This document shows, piece after piece, positions 63,545 to 64,000 of a stretch of DNA of 64,000 nt. The notes beneath the pieces are model-generated. The model was not told the origin of the DNA. It saw nothing but the letters and a program-made list of their open reading frames with translations, and did no database searches. Position numbers and translations under genes: made by a program. Each line of letters begins with the position of its first letter. The first letter of the stretch is position 1. Source of the DNA: Octopus sinensis (lineage: Eukaryota); NCBI RefSeq assembly GCF_006345805.1, contig NC_042999.1, positions 99,014,001 through 99,078,000 on the forward strand, given 5' to 3'.

Positions 63545-64000
63545 TATGTGTGTGTGTGTATTTATGTATGTATATATGTATGTAAAAAGAGGTCCTTCTC
63601 AATCCATAGTTGCAGCAGCCTAGTTTCATGGTTTCTTTGGTGTATACATTCACTATGGTGAATATATACATGACACACACTCACTCACAGTGTGTGGGCG
63701 TGCATATGAATGTGTGTGTCTGTGTAAGGTGCCAAGTAATGGTGCTAAAGCAGCTGATGGATTGAGTCTACCACCCAAATAGGCCAGGGTAGGATTTGAA
63801 CTCAGAATGCAATGAGCTGGCGTAAATACAACAATCATCAAGTTTGATGTTCATACAGTATTACAAGCCCACTTCCTCTAGATTGATATTCTTTTTATCG
63901 GTCCTAAAGGAATGAAAAGAGAAGTTGAACTCAGAGCACTGCATACCAGAACAAATACTGTGACATATCTTTACAACATTCTAACATCTCTTCCACTATG

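Noticed and set aside
1-64000. CRISPR arrays, rRNA or genuine tRNA genes, prokaryotic operons
   Set aside because: None seen. tRNA-like segments are degenerate SINE heads without a complete cloverleaf.

Overview
AT-rich eukaryotic genomic DNA, rich in microsatellites and tRNA-derived SINEs. The repeat families look octopus-like (inference). The window lies inside an R7-family RGS gene (RGS7/RGS6/EGL-10 type) on the + strand. Five in-frame coding exons (18281-18387, 35646-35697, 40986-41127, 49126-49207, 53456-53530) encode the end of the DEP domain and the DHEX region; neither the start nor the end of the gene is in the window. The introns hold decayed transposons: a Tc1, two mariners, a DD37D/maT fragment, two Helitrons, an R4/Dong-type LINE, RTE fragments, piggyBac-type MITEs and SINEs. 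The main signal that the ORF track does not show is a set of ten type I hammerhead-ribozyme motifs from several sequence families. Most have palindromic, dimer-type helix III, as in Penelope-like elements. Four elements carry them within or between inverted repeats. These include a 1.87-kb element with perfect 443-bp arms and decayed coding-like cargo, and a 563-bp palindrome made of a tRNA-Ser-like Pol III head joined to a hammerhead tail. One RTE fragment has twin-priming (5' inversion) geometry, and the R4-type LINE is circularly permuted. All structures were read by eye; no database search or folding program was run.
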